Shown piece after piece: positions 34,419 through 44,407 of a stretch of 64,000 nt of DNA. The DNA comes from an uncultured Acidobacteriota bacterium (lineage in GTDB: Bacteria > Acidobacteriota > DATKUA01): the NCBI GenBank assembly GCA_964408025.1, contig CAYOXX010000002.1:6105-70104 (forward strand), given 5' to 3'. Under the pieces are notes generated by a model. That model was not told the DNA's origin. It was given only the letters and a program-made list of their open reading frames with translations, and ran no database searches. Position 1 is the stretch's first letter, and each line of letters opens with the position of its first letter. The translations under genes and the position numbers were made by a program.

Positions 34419-35512
34419 AGTACATGCGCGAGTTCCGCGAGGCCGGAGCCACTAAAGCCCTGGCCAAGAGCCTGGCAGGCGCCGCCGAAAGATTAGAAGT
34501 CGTGCGGTTGATGGAGGTCTGCGGGACGCACACGATGAGCATCGCCCGCTTCGGCCTGCGCTCGTTCTTCCCGGAAAACGTCATGCTGACCAGCGGGCCC
34601 GGCTGCCCCGTCTGCGTCTCTCCCCACGCTTACATCGACACCGCCGTTGCATACTGCCGCCGTCCGGACACGATCGTCACCACCTTCGGCGACATGGTGC
34701 GCGTCCCCGGCTCGAGCTCGAGCCTCGAGAGCGAGCAGGCCGCCGGCGCCGACGTCCGGGTCGTCCTCTCGACTATCGACGCGCTTCGCATAGCCGAGGA
34801 GAATCCGGAAAAAGAGGTTGTCTTCCTGGCCATCGGCTTCGAGACCACGGCACCCACTATCGCCGCCGCCGTCTTGGAAGCCCGCGACAGCGGATTGCCC
34901 AACTTCGCCGCCCTCTGTGGCCATAAGGTGATGCCGCCGGCGATGGCGGCACTTGCCTCCGATCCGGAGATTCGCATCGACGGCTACATCTGCCCGCCGC
35001 ACGTTAGCGCCATCATCGGCGGCGACGCCTACCGCTTTCTCGCCGATGAGTACGGCACGCCGTGCGTCATCGCCGGTTTCGAGCCGTTCGACGTGCTCCA
35101 GGGTGTGCTCTGGCTGCTGGAGATGATCGCCGATAGCAAGCCGGAGGTGCGCATTCAGTACAGCAGAGTCGTCTCACGAGAGGGCAACCAGGCCGCCCTG
35201 GCGATCCTCTACGAGGTGTTCGAAGCGAAGGACGACGAGTGGCGCGGCATCGGCCCTATCCCCGGCTCCGGGTTGTCCTTCCGTAAGGAGTTCTTTGACT
35301 TCGACGCAGAGCGCCGCTGGCCGGTCGAGGTAGAGCCGACGTGCGTCCCCGAGGGCTGCATCTGCGGCGAGGTGCTCAAGGGAATCGCCTCGCCGCGCGA
35401 CTGCGCGCTCTTCGGAACCGCCTGCACGCCCGAGAGCCCGGTCGGTGCCTGCATGGTCTCCTCCGAGGGCGCCTGCGCCGCCGCCTTCAAGTACGAAGGA
35501 GCGAACCGGTGA
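34415..35512 (+). CDS. hypD: Hydrogenase maturation protein HypD
   Basis: MEVCGTH, GPGCPVC, GFETTAP, CMVSSEGAC. Confidence 0.96.
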   Translation: MKYMREFREAGATKALAKSLAGAAERLEVVRLMEVCGTHTMSIARFGLRSFFPENVMLTSGPGCPVCVSPHAYIDTAVAYCRRPDTIVTTFGDMVRVPGSSSSLESEQAAGADVRVVLSTIDALRIAEENPEKEVVFLAIGFETTAPTIAAAVLEARDSGLPNFAALCGHKVMPPAMAALASDPEIRIDGYICPPHVSAIIGGDAYRFLADEYGTPCVIAGFEPFDVLQGVLWLLEMIADSKPEVRIQYSRVVSREGNQAALAILYEVFEAKDDEWRGIGPIPGSGLSFRKEFFDFDAERRWPVEVEPTCVPEGCICGEVLKGIASPRDCALFGTACTPESPVGACMVSSEGACAAAFKYEGANR

Positions 35513-36528
35513 TCGGCTCTGGAGGCGAAAAGATCCTGCTGGCGCACGGCTCGGGAGGCAAGGCGATGCACGAGCTGATCGAGTCGCTGCTCCTGCCCGC
35601 CTTCCGCAACCCGAAGCTGGAGCCGCTGGGCGACAGCGCCCGCCTCGAGCTGGGCGGCCGCGAGCTGGCCTTCACAACCGACAGCTACGTCGTCGATCCG
35701 CTCTTCTTCCCCGGCGGCGACATCGGCCGCCTGGCAGTCTGCGGCACGATAAACGACCTGGCTGTCTGCGGCGCCCGCCCGCTGGCGCTGAGCTGCGCCC
35801 TGATCCTGGAAGAGGGCTTGCCGATGGCGGACCTGGAGAAGGTTGTCGAGTCGATGCGCTCAGCCGCAGACGAGGCCGGCGTCGAGATCGTTACCGGCGA
35901 CACCAAGGTACTGCCCCACGGCAAGGGCGACCGGCTCTTCGTCAACACCGCCGGCGTGGGGCTGCTGCCCGAGGGCCGCCGCTGGCTTCCCGGAACGGCG
36001 GAACCGGGCGACGTGGTGCTGATCAACGGCCACGTGGCCGACCACGGCGCCGCGGTTATGGCCGAGCGCGAGCGCTTCGCCCTGCGCGCCGAGATACGCT
36101 CCGACGTGGCACCGCTCAACCACCTGATCGAGGCGCTCCTGGAGGCCGTACCAGACGTCCGCTGCCTCAAGGACCCGACGCGCGGCGGCCTCGCCAGCGC
36201 CCTGAACGAGATCGCCGCGGCCTCCGCGGTCAGCATTGTGCTCGACGAAGAGGCGATACCGGTGCGCGGGCCGGTGGCCGCCCTGTGCGAGCTGCTCGGA
36301 CTCGACCCGCTATACTTCGCCAACGAGGGGAAAGTATTGGCTGCCGTCCCGCCCCGGCGCGCCGACGAAGCGCTGGCCGCGCTCCGCTCCCACCCGCTAG
36401 GCAGGTACGCCGCGGCCATCGGCGAGGCGAAACCGTTCGACCGCGTGCCGCTGTCGGCGCGCACGCTGCTGGGAAGCCACCGCGTGGTCGGCATGCTCAC
36501 CGGCGACCAGCTCCCGCGCATCTGCTGA
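35509..36528 (+). CDS. hypE: Carbamoyl dehydratase HypE
   Basis: AHGSGG, FTTDSYVV, GDTKV, DPTRGG, C-terminal PRIC; GTGA overlap with hypD. Confidence 0.96.
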   Translation: MIGSGGEKILLAHGSGGKAMHELIESLLLPAFRNPKLEPLGDSARLELGGRELAFTTDSYVVDPLFFPGGDIGRLAVCGTINDLAVCGARPLALSCALILEEGLPMADLEKVVESMRSAADEAGVEIVTGDTKVLPHGKGDRLFVNTAGVGLLPEGRRWLPGTAEPGDVVLINGHVADHGAAVMAERERFALRAEIRSDVAPLNHLIEALLEAVPDVRCLKDPTRGGLASALNEIAAASAVSIVLDEEAIPVRGPVAALCELLGLDPLYFANEGKVLAAVPPRRADEALAALRSHPLGRYAAAIGEAKPFDRVPLSARTLLGSHRVVGMLTGDQLPRIC

Positions 36529-36638
36529 TTGACACGCGCCGCAGCGTGCGTATCATGTGCCCTCCGGCCCGCAGGCGGACTCCAGGCCGACGGGAAAGCG
36601 TGGCTTCCCACCGATCAAATTGCTCAGAAGAAACGAAG

Positions 36639-37352
36639 ATGCCGAGGTCAGTAATAATCTCAATCGCCTCGCTAGCGTTCCTGGTGGCTGGAGCGCCGGC
36701 GCAGGAATGCGACTTCCCGATCACCGACGACGACACGCTCGCCGCCGCCGCGCGGCAGTTTCACGGCGTCATGGGTCCTCTCTGGCACGGTCCGCTGAAA
36801 GAGGGCGACTACGATCAGCTTGCTGAAAGGATCGGCGAGCTGGTAGCGGGACGCGACGCCGTCATGAACGCCAGCCTGCCGCCGCGGCACCTGCACAACT
36901 GCGCCCGGTTCTCCGCCAACGCCGCCCTCTTCTCGCAGGCCATCGACAACTTGGCCGAGCTGGTCGGGGCGGGAGCGGGGAATCCCGAGCTCCACGCGGC
37001 GTTCTCCGACATGCACGACCGCTACAGGGAGATGATGCTCGTCCTCAGAGCCCCGGATGATCCCGTCGAGGCGATTCACGACGTCATCCGCTTCCTGTGG
37101 CACGAGGCATACCCGGCGCGCGACGTCGAGGCCATAGGAGAGCTACTTCCCGAGCTGAAAGCGCGGGCCGAGCGGCTGCTTATATCAACGCCTCCCGAGG
37201 GCGCTGACGCTGAGGAATTCGCACGATTGGCCTGCGAATTGGTGGCCTCGGTCGTCAGGCTGCAGCTGGCCCTGGACGGAGACGACGCGGACCCCGTCCT
37301 CGAGGCTCTCTCTGCCGTGCACGACGCCTTCCACGCAATCAGCGGCGAGTAA
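36639..37352 (+). CDS. Secreted helical protein with two His-bearing repeats
   Basis: Signal peptide MPRSVIIS..AGAPA; repeated H-x7-WH..HD pattern; GC-rich third codon positions. Confidence 0.75.
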   Translation: MPRSVIISIASLAFLVAGAPAQECDFPITDDDTLAAAARQFHGVMGPLWHGPLKEGDYDQLAERIGELVAGRDAVMNASLPPRHLHNCARFSANAALFSQAIDNLAELVGAGAGNPELHAAFSDMHDRYREMMLVLRAPDDPVEAIHDVIRFLWHEAYPARDVEAIGELLPELKARAERLLISTPPEGADAEEFARLACELVASVVRLQLALDGDDADPVLEALSAVHDAFHAISGE

Positions 37353-37655
37353 TCCGCATTCGAACGGAAGTTCCAGGTGGATTTCAGGCTCGCGAGTGCG
37401 AGCTAGCCGTAAATCGCTCGTTGACACCCGTGCCGTAACTTTGCTATTTTTTCAGAATCCTAAATAATCCACCCGCTTATACGAGTGCGCATTTCCTTTG
37501 GAGCGGGGGGCGCGGGGAAAAGGTCAAGGTTCGGCAAGGGTTAGTCAAGATCATCGCCACCAGATCAGGCACTACGATCCTCGCGGACCGCGGCGGCGGT
37601 GGTAGGAGTAAGCAAGGTCCGGCGGCGGCGCCGGTAAACCTACGGGGTAAGAACA

Positions 37656-38672
37656 ATGAGCACTGATACGCACGAGAAGGAAGAGGGCAAGATCCGGCTT
37701 GTGGGCCTCTCCGGGGGCTACAAGGGGAACGAGTATTTCCTGGACAAGGATGTCTACATCATCGGTCGCGCCGGAGACTGCGATCTCGCTCTGAACGAGA
37801 GCACCATCTCAGCCCAGCACGCCAAGATCGAGCGCGTCGGCGACCACTATGAGATCACCGACATGGGCTCGACCAACGGCACCTTCGTCAACGGCGTCAA
37901 GGTCGACAGAAAGGCCCTGCGTAACGACGACAAGATCCGGCTTGACGTATTCGAATTCCAGTACATCAACCCGGCCGAGGTGGCGCGCACGGTTGTGGCG
38001 GAAGCGCCAGAGTTCGCGCCGCCGGCCGAGACTGTGGTGCGGCAACAGCCGCTGGCGCAGGCCGCAGCACCGCCGGCACAGGCCGCCGCGCCTCCGCCAC
38101 CGCGGCCTTCGAGCATGGTGGAAAGAGACTACCCGCAGCCCAGGGCCAGGCCCGCGGTCTACGAAAGGAAGGGGAGTATGTTAGGAGGACTGATTCTCGG
38201 CCTGATCATCGCCTTCATCTTCGGCTACGGCGGGCCGTTCATGGGCGCCTGGGCGGCCGTGAACTTCGCGACCGTAAACCTGGTGGACGGATTTCTTAAT
38301 GTCATTGCCTTATTCCCGACGTTGCACCTGCACACGGCCTGGATGAACGTGCAGTGGGGAGTCGCCAACATAGTGGCCATCGTCTGCCTGCCGCTGGCGC
38401 TCCTGCTGGGCGGCCTCATCACCCAGAGCATCGGCCGCAGAAACCGCTTCGGCACCGCCATCCTCTTCAGCATCTTCTACGTCCTGATCGCCGCCGGCGC
38501 CCAGATCGCCGCGCTGAGATTCGACATCGAGATCTGGAAGTTAATAGCGGGCGCCCCGGCAGCTAACTTCGGCATCTACGATCCCTGGCTAGGCCTCGCG
38601 GTCACCTTCGGATACTTCTTCGGCGTCACATTCGTGCTCAGCTTCATAGGAGCACTGCTGGGAAGAAAATAG
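37656..38672 (+). CDS. FHA-domain membrane protein
   Basis: FHA motifs IGR, ISAQHA, GSTNGTFVNG; Pro/Ala linker; several C-terminal TM helices. Confidence 0.88.
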   Translation: MSTDTHEKEEGKIRLVGLSGGYKGNEYFLDKDVYIIGRAGDCDLALNESTISAQHAKIERVGDHYEITDMGSTNGTFVNGVKVDRKALRNDDKIRLDVFEFQYINPAEVARTVVAEAPEFAPPAETVVRQQPLAQAAAPPAQAAAPPPPRPSSMVERDYPQPRARPAVYERKGSMLGGLILGLIIAFIFGYGGPFMGAWAAVNFATVNLVDGFLNVIALFPTLHLHTAWMNVQWGVANIVAIVCLPLALLLGGLITQSIGRRNRFGTAILFSIFYVLIAAGAQIAALRFDIEIWKLIAGAPAANFGIYDPWLGLAVTFGYFFGVTFVLSFIGALLGRK

Positions 38673-38690
38673 AATCGAATTCATTGTCCG

Positions 38691-38721
38691 ACGGGCCGCC
38701 CGCGGGCGGCCCGTTTTGTTT
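38691..38721 (+). terminator. Intrinsic terminator after the FHA gene
   Basis: ACGGGCCGCCC-gc-GGGCGGCCCGT followed by TTTGTTT. Confidence 0.8.
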
Positions 38722-38834
38722 ACCCGCAGAGTAAGAATCGGATCGAATCGCGACGCCGTTGCGCCCAATTTCTGCTTGAGTTATACATGGTTCCGTCTTG
38801 ACTTGTTAATCGGACCACAGCGAGGTCTGGAAGG

Positions 38835-40844
38835 ATGAAAAGAACCATCGGAATAGCCGCTTTGCTTCTCGGTGTTCTGCTACTGCCCCCGCCTTCTGTC
38901 GCCCAGGAGAGTCCTCGGCCGATGACGGTGGACGACATCTTCACCTTCTACCGTGTCGGGTCGCCGCGCCTGTCTCCCGACGGGCGCTTCGTCCTCTACA
39001 CCGCCTCGAGGGCCGACCTCGAGCTCAACCGCAGCGTCACACACATCTGGCGTGCCGCCACCGGCGGCAGCGATCAGCGCCAGCTCACACGCGGCGACGA
39101 ATCCTGTATCCGCCCACGCTGGAGCCCCGACGGCGAGCTGATCGCCTTCCTGACCGAGCGTTCGGGGGACGACCAGATCTGGCTGATGCACGCCAACGGC
39201 GGCGAAGCCTGGCAACTGAGCGAACACGATCCGGGCGTGACCGCCTTCGAGTGGGCCCCGTCCGGCACCGGAATCCTATTCCTCGCCCCGGACCCCGAGA
39301 CGGAGGCCGAGGAGGCGAGGGAGGAGGCCGAAAACGAGGTCATTATCGTCGACCGGGAGCTGAAGAACGTGCACTTGTGGTCCCTCGATATCGAAATCGG
39401 CGAGGAGACTCGCCTCACAGAAGGCGACTTTTCGATCCGCGAGTTCGTCCTTTCCCCCGACGCCTCGCGGATCGCCTTCGCCGCCGCGCCGACGCCCAAG
39501 GTCGACGACAACCTCCAGATCGAGGTCTACCTTCTGCCCCTCGCGGACGGCTCGATACGCTGCCTCACCGACAACGCCATCCAAGAGGGGAACCTCAGAT
39601 GGCACCCGGACGGCGAGACCCTGACCTTCGTCTCCGACTCCAGCGAGAACCTCGAGACTTACTACCAGCGCTCGATCTTCCTGCTGCGGCTCGACGGCTC
39701 TGGGCCGGAGGACCTCCTGCCCGGTTTCGAGGAGGAAGTCTATGCGCACGAGTGGCTGGAAACCGGGGACGGCGGGAATCTAATCGGCTTCTCGGCCAAC
39801 ACCGGTGTCAACGTACACTTCTTCACCTACGACTTCGACGAGAGAAGAATCCTTTCCCGGAATACATCTGCCGACGGCGTACGCGACTCCTTCCACGTTG
39901 TCGGGAACAGGATCGCCTTCACCTTCACCGACACGACCTCCCCGAGCGACATATGGTTCCACGAAGGGTTCGAGGGCGAGCCGTCAAGGATCACCGACAT
40001 GAATCCCCAGGTCGCCGATTTTGCACTGGCGCAGTACCGAACCATCCATTGGACCGCGCCGGACGGCCGCCTGGTCGAGGGACTGCTGATACTGCCGCCG
40101 GACTACCTCGAGGGGCAAAGCTACCCGATGATCACCCAGCTCCACGGCGGCCCCGAGAGCTCCTACAAGAATTCCTTCTCCACCAGCTGGTCCACCTATC
40201 CGCACGTCCTGGCCGGCCGCGGATACGTTCTCTTCCAACCCAACTACCGAGGCTCTACCGGTTACGGCGACGATGTTATGCGGGCCATCATCGGGCGCTA
40301 CTTCGAGGACGACATCGACGATATCCTCAGCGGCATCGACTACCTGGTCGAAGCCGGCATCGCCGACCCCGAGCGCCTGGGCGTCATGGGCTGGAGCGCC
40401 GGCGGGCACCTGACCAACTGGCTCGTGACCCACTCCAACCGCTTCGCCGCCGCCGCCTCCGGAGCCGGCATGAGCAATTGGTACAGCTTCTACGCCCAGA
40501 CCGATATGCACTACATCCGTGAGATCTGGCACACCGGGACGCCCTACGAGCGCGCAGAGCTCTTCCGCGCCAAGTCGCCGATCAACTACGTCCGCGACGC
40601 CTCCACGCCGACCATAATCTTCTGCGGCGCAAACGACCGTCGCGTTCCGGCGCCCCAGAGCTGGGAGATGTACATCGGCCTGCGCCGCTGCGGCGTCACA
40701 ACCGAGTTCCGCCTCTACCCCGGCGAGCCCCACGGCCTTCGCCGCATCGCCCACCAACGGGACAAGATGGAGGCCGAGCTGGCCTGGTTCGACCGCTATA
40801 TTCTCGGGATCGAGGAGGCTGCAACCGAACAAGAGGTTCAATAG
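38835..40844 (+). CDS. Secreted S9 family peptidase (acylaminoacyl/dipeptidyl peptidase-like)
   Basis: Signal peptide, SPDG propeller repeats, HGGP, NYRGSTGYG, nucleophile GWSAGG, DRRVP, EPHG. Confidence 0.92.
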   Translation: MKRTIGIAALLLGVLLLPPPSVAQESPRPMTVDDIFTFYRVGSPRLSPDGRFVLYTASRADLELNRSVTHIWRAATGGSDQRQLTRGDESCIRPRWSPDGELIAFLTERSGDDQIWLMHANGGEAWQLSEHDPGVTAFEWAPSGTGILFLAPDPETEAEEAREEAENEVIIVDRELKNVHLWSLDIEIGEETRLTEGDFSIREFVLSPDASRIAFAAAPTPKVDDNLQIEVYLLPLADGSIRCLTDNAIQEGNLRWHPDGETLTFVSDSSENLETYYQRSIFLLRLDGSGPEDLLPGFEEEVYAHEWLETGDGGNLIGFSANTGVNVHFFTYDFDERRILSRNTSADGVRDSFHVVGNRIAFTFTDTTSPSDIWFHEGFEGEPSRITDMNPQVADFALAQYRTIHWTAPDGRLVEGLLILPPDYLEGQSYPMITQLHGGPESSYKNSFSTSWSTYPHVLAGRGYVLFQPNYRGSTGYGDDVMRAIIGRYFEDDIDDILSGIDYLVEAGIADPERLGVMGWSAGGHLTNWLVTHSNRFAAAASGAGMSNWYSFYAQTDMHYIREIWHTGTPYERAELFRAKSPINYVRDASTPTIIFCGANDRRVPAPQSWEMYIGLRRCGVTTEFRLYPGEPHGLRRIAHQRDKMEAELAWFDRYILGIEEAATEQEVQ

Positions 40845-40870
40845 CAAACGGCAAGCGAAGGTAAAAAGTC

Positions 40871-40899
40871 AGCCCGGAGCGTGATCGCCGCTCCAGGCT
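40871..40899. terminator. Hairpin between convergent genes, possible terminator
   Basis: AGCCCGGAGCG..CGCTCCAGGCT imperfect stem preceded by an A-run. Confidence 0.45.
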
Positions 40900-40947
40900 A
40901 ATCTATTCCCACCTGATCTACACGTACTACAAGCAGAAAGAAACGGG

Positions 40948-42561
40948 TTATTGCAGTGTTATCGTGTCCGATTTCACCTTCGAGACGTTCCCTGAAGCGT
41001 CTCTGAACCAGACGTAGACTCTCTTGACACCGCTGCCGGAACTTAAAGTGAACTGGACATTCCTCTTGAACTTCTTGGCAGTGGCAACCGCAATCCAGCC
41101 GGCCTGCCAGGCGGCGGGCGTCGCGGAGGACTCGGAGGCGTAATAGCCCACAACTCCCCTCTTATCCTTTCCGAACAGCGCCAAGGTGACCGTACTGCTG
41201 GACGTCGAGGCAGAGCCGGTGTTGATGAAGTTGGCCTTCGTCTTGTTCTTGGGGGCTTTATTGTCCTGCGAGACCACTGTCGGACGCCAACCGGCAACGG
41301 TTTGCCTGACGGTGTTTGTCGATCTGGCAGAATTACATTTCTTGGAGCCGGTCTTGAAACCGGAGTACCTGACCCTCGGGTTGGAATAGTGGCTAACCGT
41401 CTGCTCGCTCCCGCCTTGAGACCGGTAGGACATCACGGTCATGTACTGGCCGTTGCCGAAGCGAAAACCGACTGAGTAACTGAAGATCGCCTGGTCACCC
41501 AGGTTGTGGTTTAAGCCCCAGTTATGCCCCATCTCGTGTGCCAACGTCTGGTCACTGCAGTAAGAATAACCCCCACCCCCGGTATCGTACCTGCCGACCT
41601 GAACTACTGAGTAAGCCCACCCCGCAAAATTCGAATTATAGGTCAACCAGGTCCAAGCAAGACCACAATAATTGTTGCTGCTGTCAAATACCCTTAACAG
41701 GGAAACCTGATCCGCACCCAATTGGTTGCGAAGGTTGTTGACCCCTGCAAACGCGGCATTATCCTGGGCGCTCCCTTGACCAATCAGCGCGTTTAAAGGG
41801 TCATTCAAACTGCCGGTGTCTCTGAACTGCACCTGGCTTATCCCTACCAGCCTAACCTGCATGTTTACCTTGCTGTTCCAGAGGCTCTCGCTCATCACCG
41901 CCACCAGAAAGTTGATCTGGGCGCCCAACAGGTTGCCCGGATACTTGGCGGCAAATCCGTTTGTGTAGAGGATAAGCAGGTCAACTGTCGTGATTGCGGC
42001 GCCGGGGCCGGGCATGGGGCTTCCCTTGGCAGGCGGAAGGCTCTCCGGTACCATCTCGCCACCGCAGATAGGAGCGGCGAATTCGGGATTGGGCTCAAAT
42101 ACCAGGTGATCCGGTGTCGCCGGATCCGGTTCTATCTTGAAGGTCCGCCCGTTGACTTCAATCTGTCCGAAAGCGACATCCTCGTTGAAAGCGATGATGA
42201 CCGAGCCACCGACCTCAACAGCCCTCCCGTGCCAAGTCAGAGTTCCCTGGGGGCCAACCGTCAACCTCGTGCAGCGGGCCAGAAAGCTGATGCCGTTCCT
42301 CTCCAGGCTGACCCTCACAAGTTTGGCTTTTTCTGGAGAGTCGAGTGCAAGTGACGCGAAATTGATCGCAACCCTCTCTACAGTTCCGGGGTAAGCGATT
42401 CTGACCGCGTCGTCCGTCGCCGGCACGGTGCCGAATGTCGATGGCCTGAAGATATCCGCAACATCGTCGTCGGCCGCCAGGGAGGTCTGGGGGAAGGCTG
42501 CCAACAAGATTATAAATAAAGGAACAATGGCTACGAATGTTAGATTCTTCTTATAGAGCAT
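40948..42561 (-). CDS. Secreted reprolysin-like (M12B-type) zinc metalloprotease
   Basis: Signal peptide, prodomain, VDLLILYT, ADQVSLL, CGLA, HEMGHNWGLNH, Met-turn TVMSY, C-terminal beta domain. Confidence 0.88.
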   Translation of the reverse strand: MLYKKNLTFVAIVPLFIILLAAFPQTSLAADDDVADIFRPSTFGTVPATDDAVRIAYPGTVERVAINFASLALDSPEKAKLVRVSLERNGISFLARCTRLTVGPQGTLTWHGRAVEVGGSVIIAFNEDVAFGQIEVNGRTFKIEPDPATPDHLVFEPNPEFAAPICGGEMVPESLPPAKGSPMPGPGAAITTVDLLILYTNGFAAKYPGNLLGAQINFLVAVMSESLWNSKVNMQVRLVGISQVQFRDTGSLNDPLNALIGQGSAQDNAAFAGVNNLRNQLGADQVSLLRVFDSSNNYCGLAWTWLTYNSNFAGWAYSVVQVGRYDTGGGGYSYCSDQTLAHEMGHNWGLNHNLGDQAIFSYSVGFRFGNGQYMTVMSYRSQGGSEQTVSHYSNPRVRYSGFKTGSKKCNSARSTNTVRQTVAGWRPTVVSQDNKAPKNKTKANFINTGSASTSSSTVTLALFGKDKRGVVGYYASESSATPAAWQAGWIAVATAKKFKRNVQFTLSSGSGVKRVYVWFRDASGNVSKVKSDTITLQ

Positions 42562-42686
42562 CGTGGCGCCTCCGTTTCCAGAAAGGATAGATCATAAATA
42601 TCATAAAAGACGTAAAGATCCAAGCGACAGCCAAGCTGCCCCTCGATTAGAGCAGGCGCGGCGAATCAGTCCTCTTGCTTTTCAAC

Positions 42687-44396
42687 TCACCTCAGCTCGA
42701 TCTCGCGCTCGATGCGGCCCCCTTTCTGGGAATCGTAGACGATGACGGCGTCGCCCCCGCCGCGCACGATCCACTGCAGGCGCACCTCCGACATCCCGCC
42801 CAGCGCCGGCACGCGCAGCCGCGCGGGGTCGAGCTCCTGGGCGTCGTCGACGCCGCGGTAGCGGTCGGTCACCGTGCCGGCGCTGACTATCTCGACGTCG
42901 TCGCCGACGATCATCGCCATGTCGGGCCGCCCCAGCCGGTTCTGCACCGCCTGTGCCGAGCGTGTCGGGATCGCCTGCTCGTTGGCCACAGCGGCCTCGA
43001 CGCGGAAGAGGCCGCTGTCGAGCCGCTCTACCTCGACGTCGCGGAAGCGCAGCAGCGGCAGGCTCTCGGCGTGGAAGATGGTGAAGGCCGCGTTGCGGTG
43101 GCAGAGCTCCTCGAGCAACCAGGGGGGCGGCACACGCTGAGTCATCTTGGTCCAGCCGCCGATCTCGATCGCGCCGTAGGTCGGGTGGTCATACGGCTCC
43201 CATTCCTTGTAGCCGGCGCCAAATCGCAGGTAGTCGTCAAACCGCAGCCGCTCGTGCTCGTCGACGCCCTCCTCGCCGTCGACGTCCTCCTGCTCGTCGC
43301 GGTAGAGCTCGTTGGTGAAGGCGAAGGCGCCCAGCGAGCGGTAGCACCAGTCCAGGAAGCCGCCGTAGACGGTGTATAGGTCCTTGTAGGAGATCAGATA
43401 ATCGTAGCCGGTTAACATCCGCTCGCCGCGCTCGCCCAGGTAGTCGTAGACCCGCACGTCGGCAAACGGATATTCGCCCAGATTCTTGGCTCCGGGGCCG
43501 CGCAGGATCATACCGCCTGAGTTGTGGAACGACTGCACAGCAAGGATGTTCGGGTGCGCGAGCAGGAACTCGTTGATCGCCCTGGTCTCCGGATTGCTGT
43601 GGGGGTACTCCCCCGCCCCGGTCTGGATGTAATTCGGCATCCAGTTGAAGCCCCAGTTGCGGTTCATGTCATAGTAGCCGGTCGGGTCCTCGTTGACGAC
43701 GCCGTCGCCGTCGTTATCGATCCCCTCGTTGCCGAGCAGCTCCCAGCCGCCCTCCTCGCCGGGCTCGGCCATCACCATCAGGCGCGGGTCGCGGGGATCG
43801 AGCTTGAAGCGGCCGGCGGGGTCGCGCCGGCGCATCATCGTGATGCTGCCGTCGCCATCGAGGTCATCGGGACCGTCCTCGTCGAAGAGGCCGTCGCGGT
43901 CGTCGTCGACCGGCCGCTGGCCGGAGCGCGATGTGTTGGGTGTGTTCGGCTCGTGCAGCCAGAAATCCCGGCCGTCTGGGTTGACCGAGGGCAGCACGTA
44001 GAAGACCGCGCGGTCGACCAGCGCGGCGACGCGCTCGTTATCGCCGTAGTTCTCGAGCAGGTACCAGAGAGCGTAGAGGCAGACCTCGGAGGCCTGCACC
44101 TCGTTGCCGTGCACGTTGCCGTCGATGTAGATCGCCGGCTTGCGCAGCTCCGGGCCGGTGGCCGGGTTGCTGATCGTCATCAGCCACAGCTCGCGCCCCT
44201 GGTAGCTGAATCCCACCGACTCCAGCCTCGTCAGCTCCGGGAAGGCCTCGTGCAGCCGCCGGAGCGCGTCGCCGAGCTCGGCGTGGTCGTAGTAGCGGTT
44301 GAACGCCAGGTTCACCATTGTTTCGTCGGCCTGGGCGCCGGCGGCCAGCGAGACGAGAACGAGCAGTGCCGCGCCAGCGATAGCTGTCTTTTTCAT
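42687..44396 (-). CDS. Secreted M14 family zinc carboxypeptidase (intact active site)
   Basis: HGNE, NPDG, DMNRN, SFHN, NEL; DxDxDG loops. Start MKKTAI. Confidence 0.9.
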   Translation of the reverse strand: MKKTAIAGAALLVLVSLAAGAQADETMVNLAFNRYYDHAELGDALRRLHEAFPELTRLESVGFSYQGRELWLMTISNPATGPELRKPAIYIDGNVHGNEVQASEVCLYALWYLLENYGDNERVAALVDRAVFYVLPSVNPDGRDFWLHEPNTPNTSRSGQRPVDDDRDGLFDEDGPDDLDGDGSITMMRRRDPAGRFKLDPRDPRLMVMAEPGEEGGWELLGNEGIDNDGDGVVNEDPTGYYDMNRNWGFNWMPNYIQTGAGEYPHSNPETRAINEFLLAHPNILAVQSFHNSGGMILRGPGAKNLGEYPFADVRVYDYLGERGERMLTGYDYLISYKDLYTVYGGFLDWCYRSLGAFAFTNELYRDEQEDVDGEEGVDEHERLRFDDYLRFGAGYKEWEPYDHPTYGAIEIGGWTKMTQRVPPPWLLEELCHRNAAFTIFHAESLPLLRFRDVEVERLDSGLFRVEAAVANEQAIPTRSAQAVQNRLGRPDMAMIVGDDVEIVSAGTVTDRYRGVDDAQELDPARLRVPALGGMSEVRLQWIVRGGGDAVIVYDSQKGGRIEREIELR

Positions 44397-44407
44397 CTCT
44401 ACCCCCT

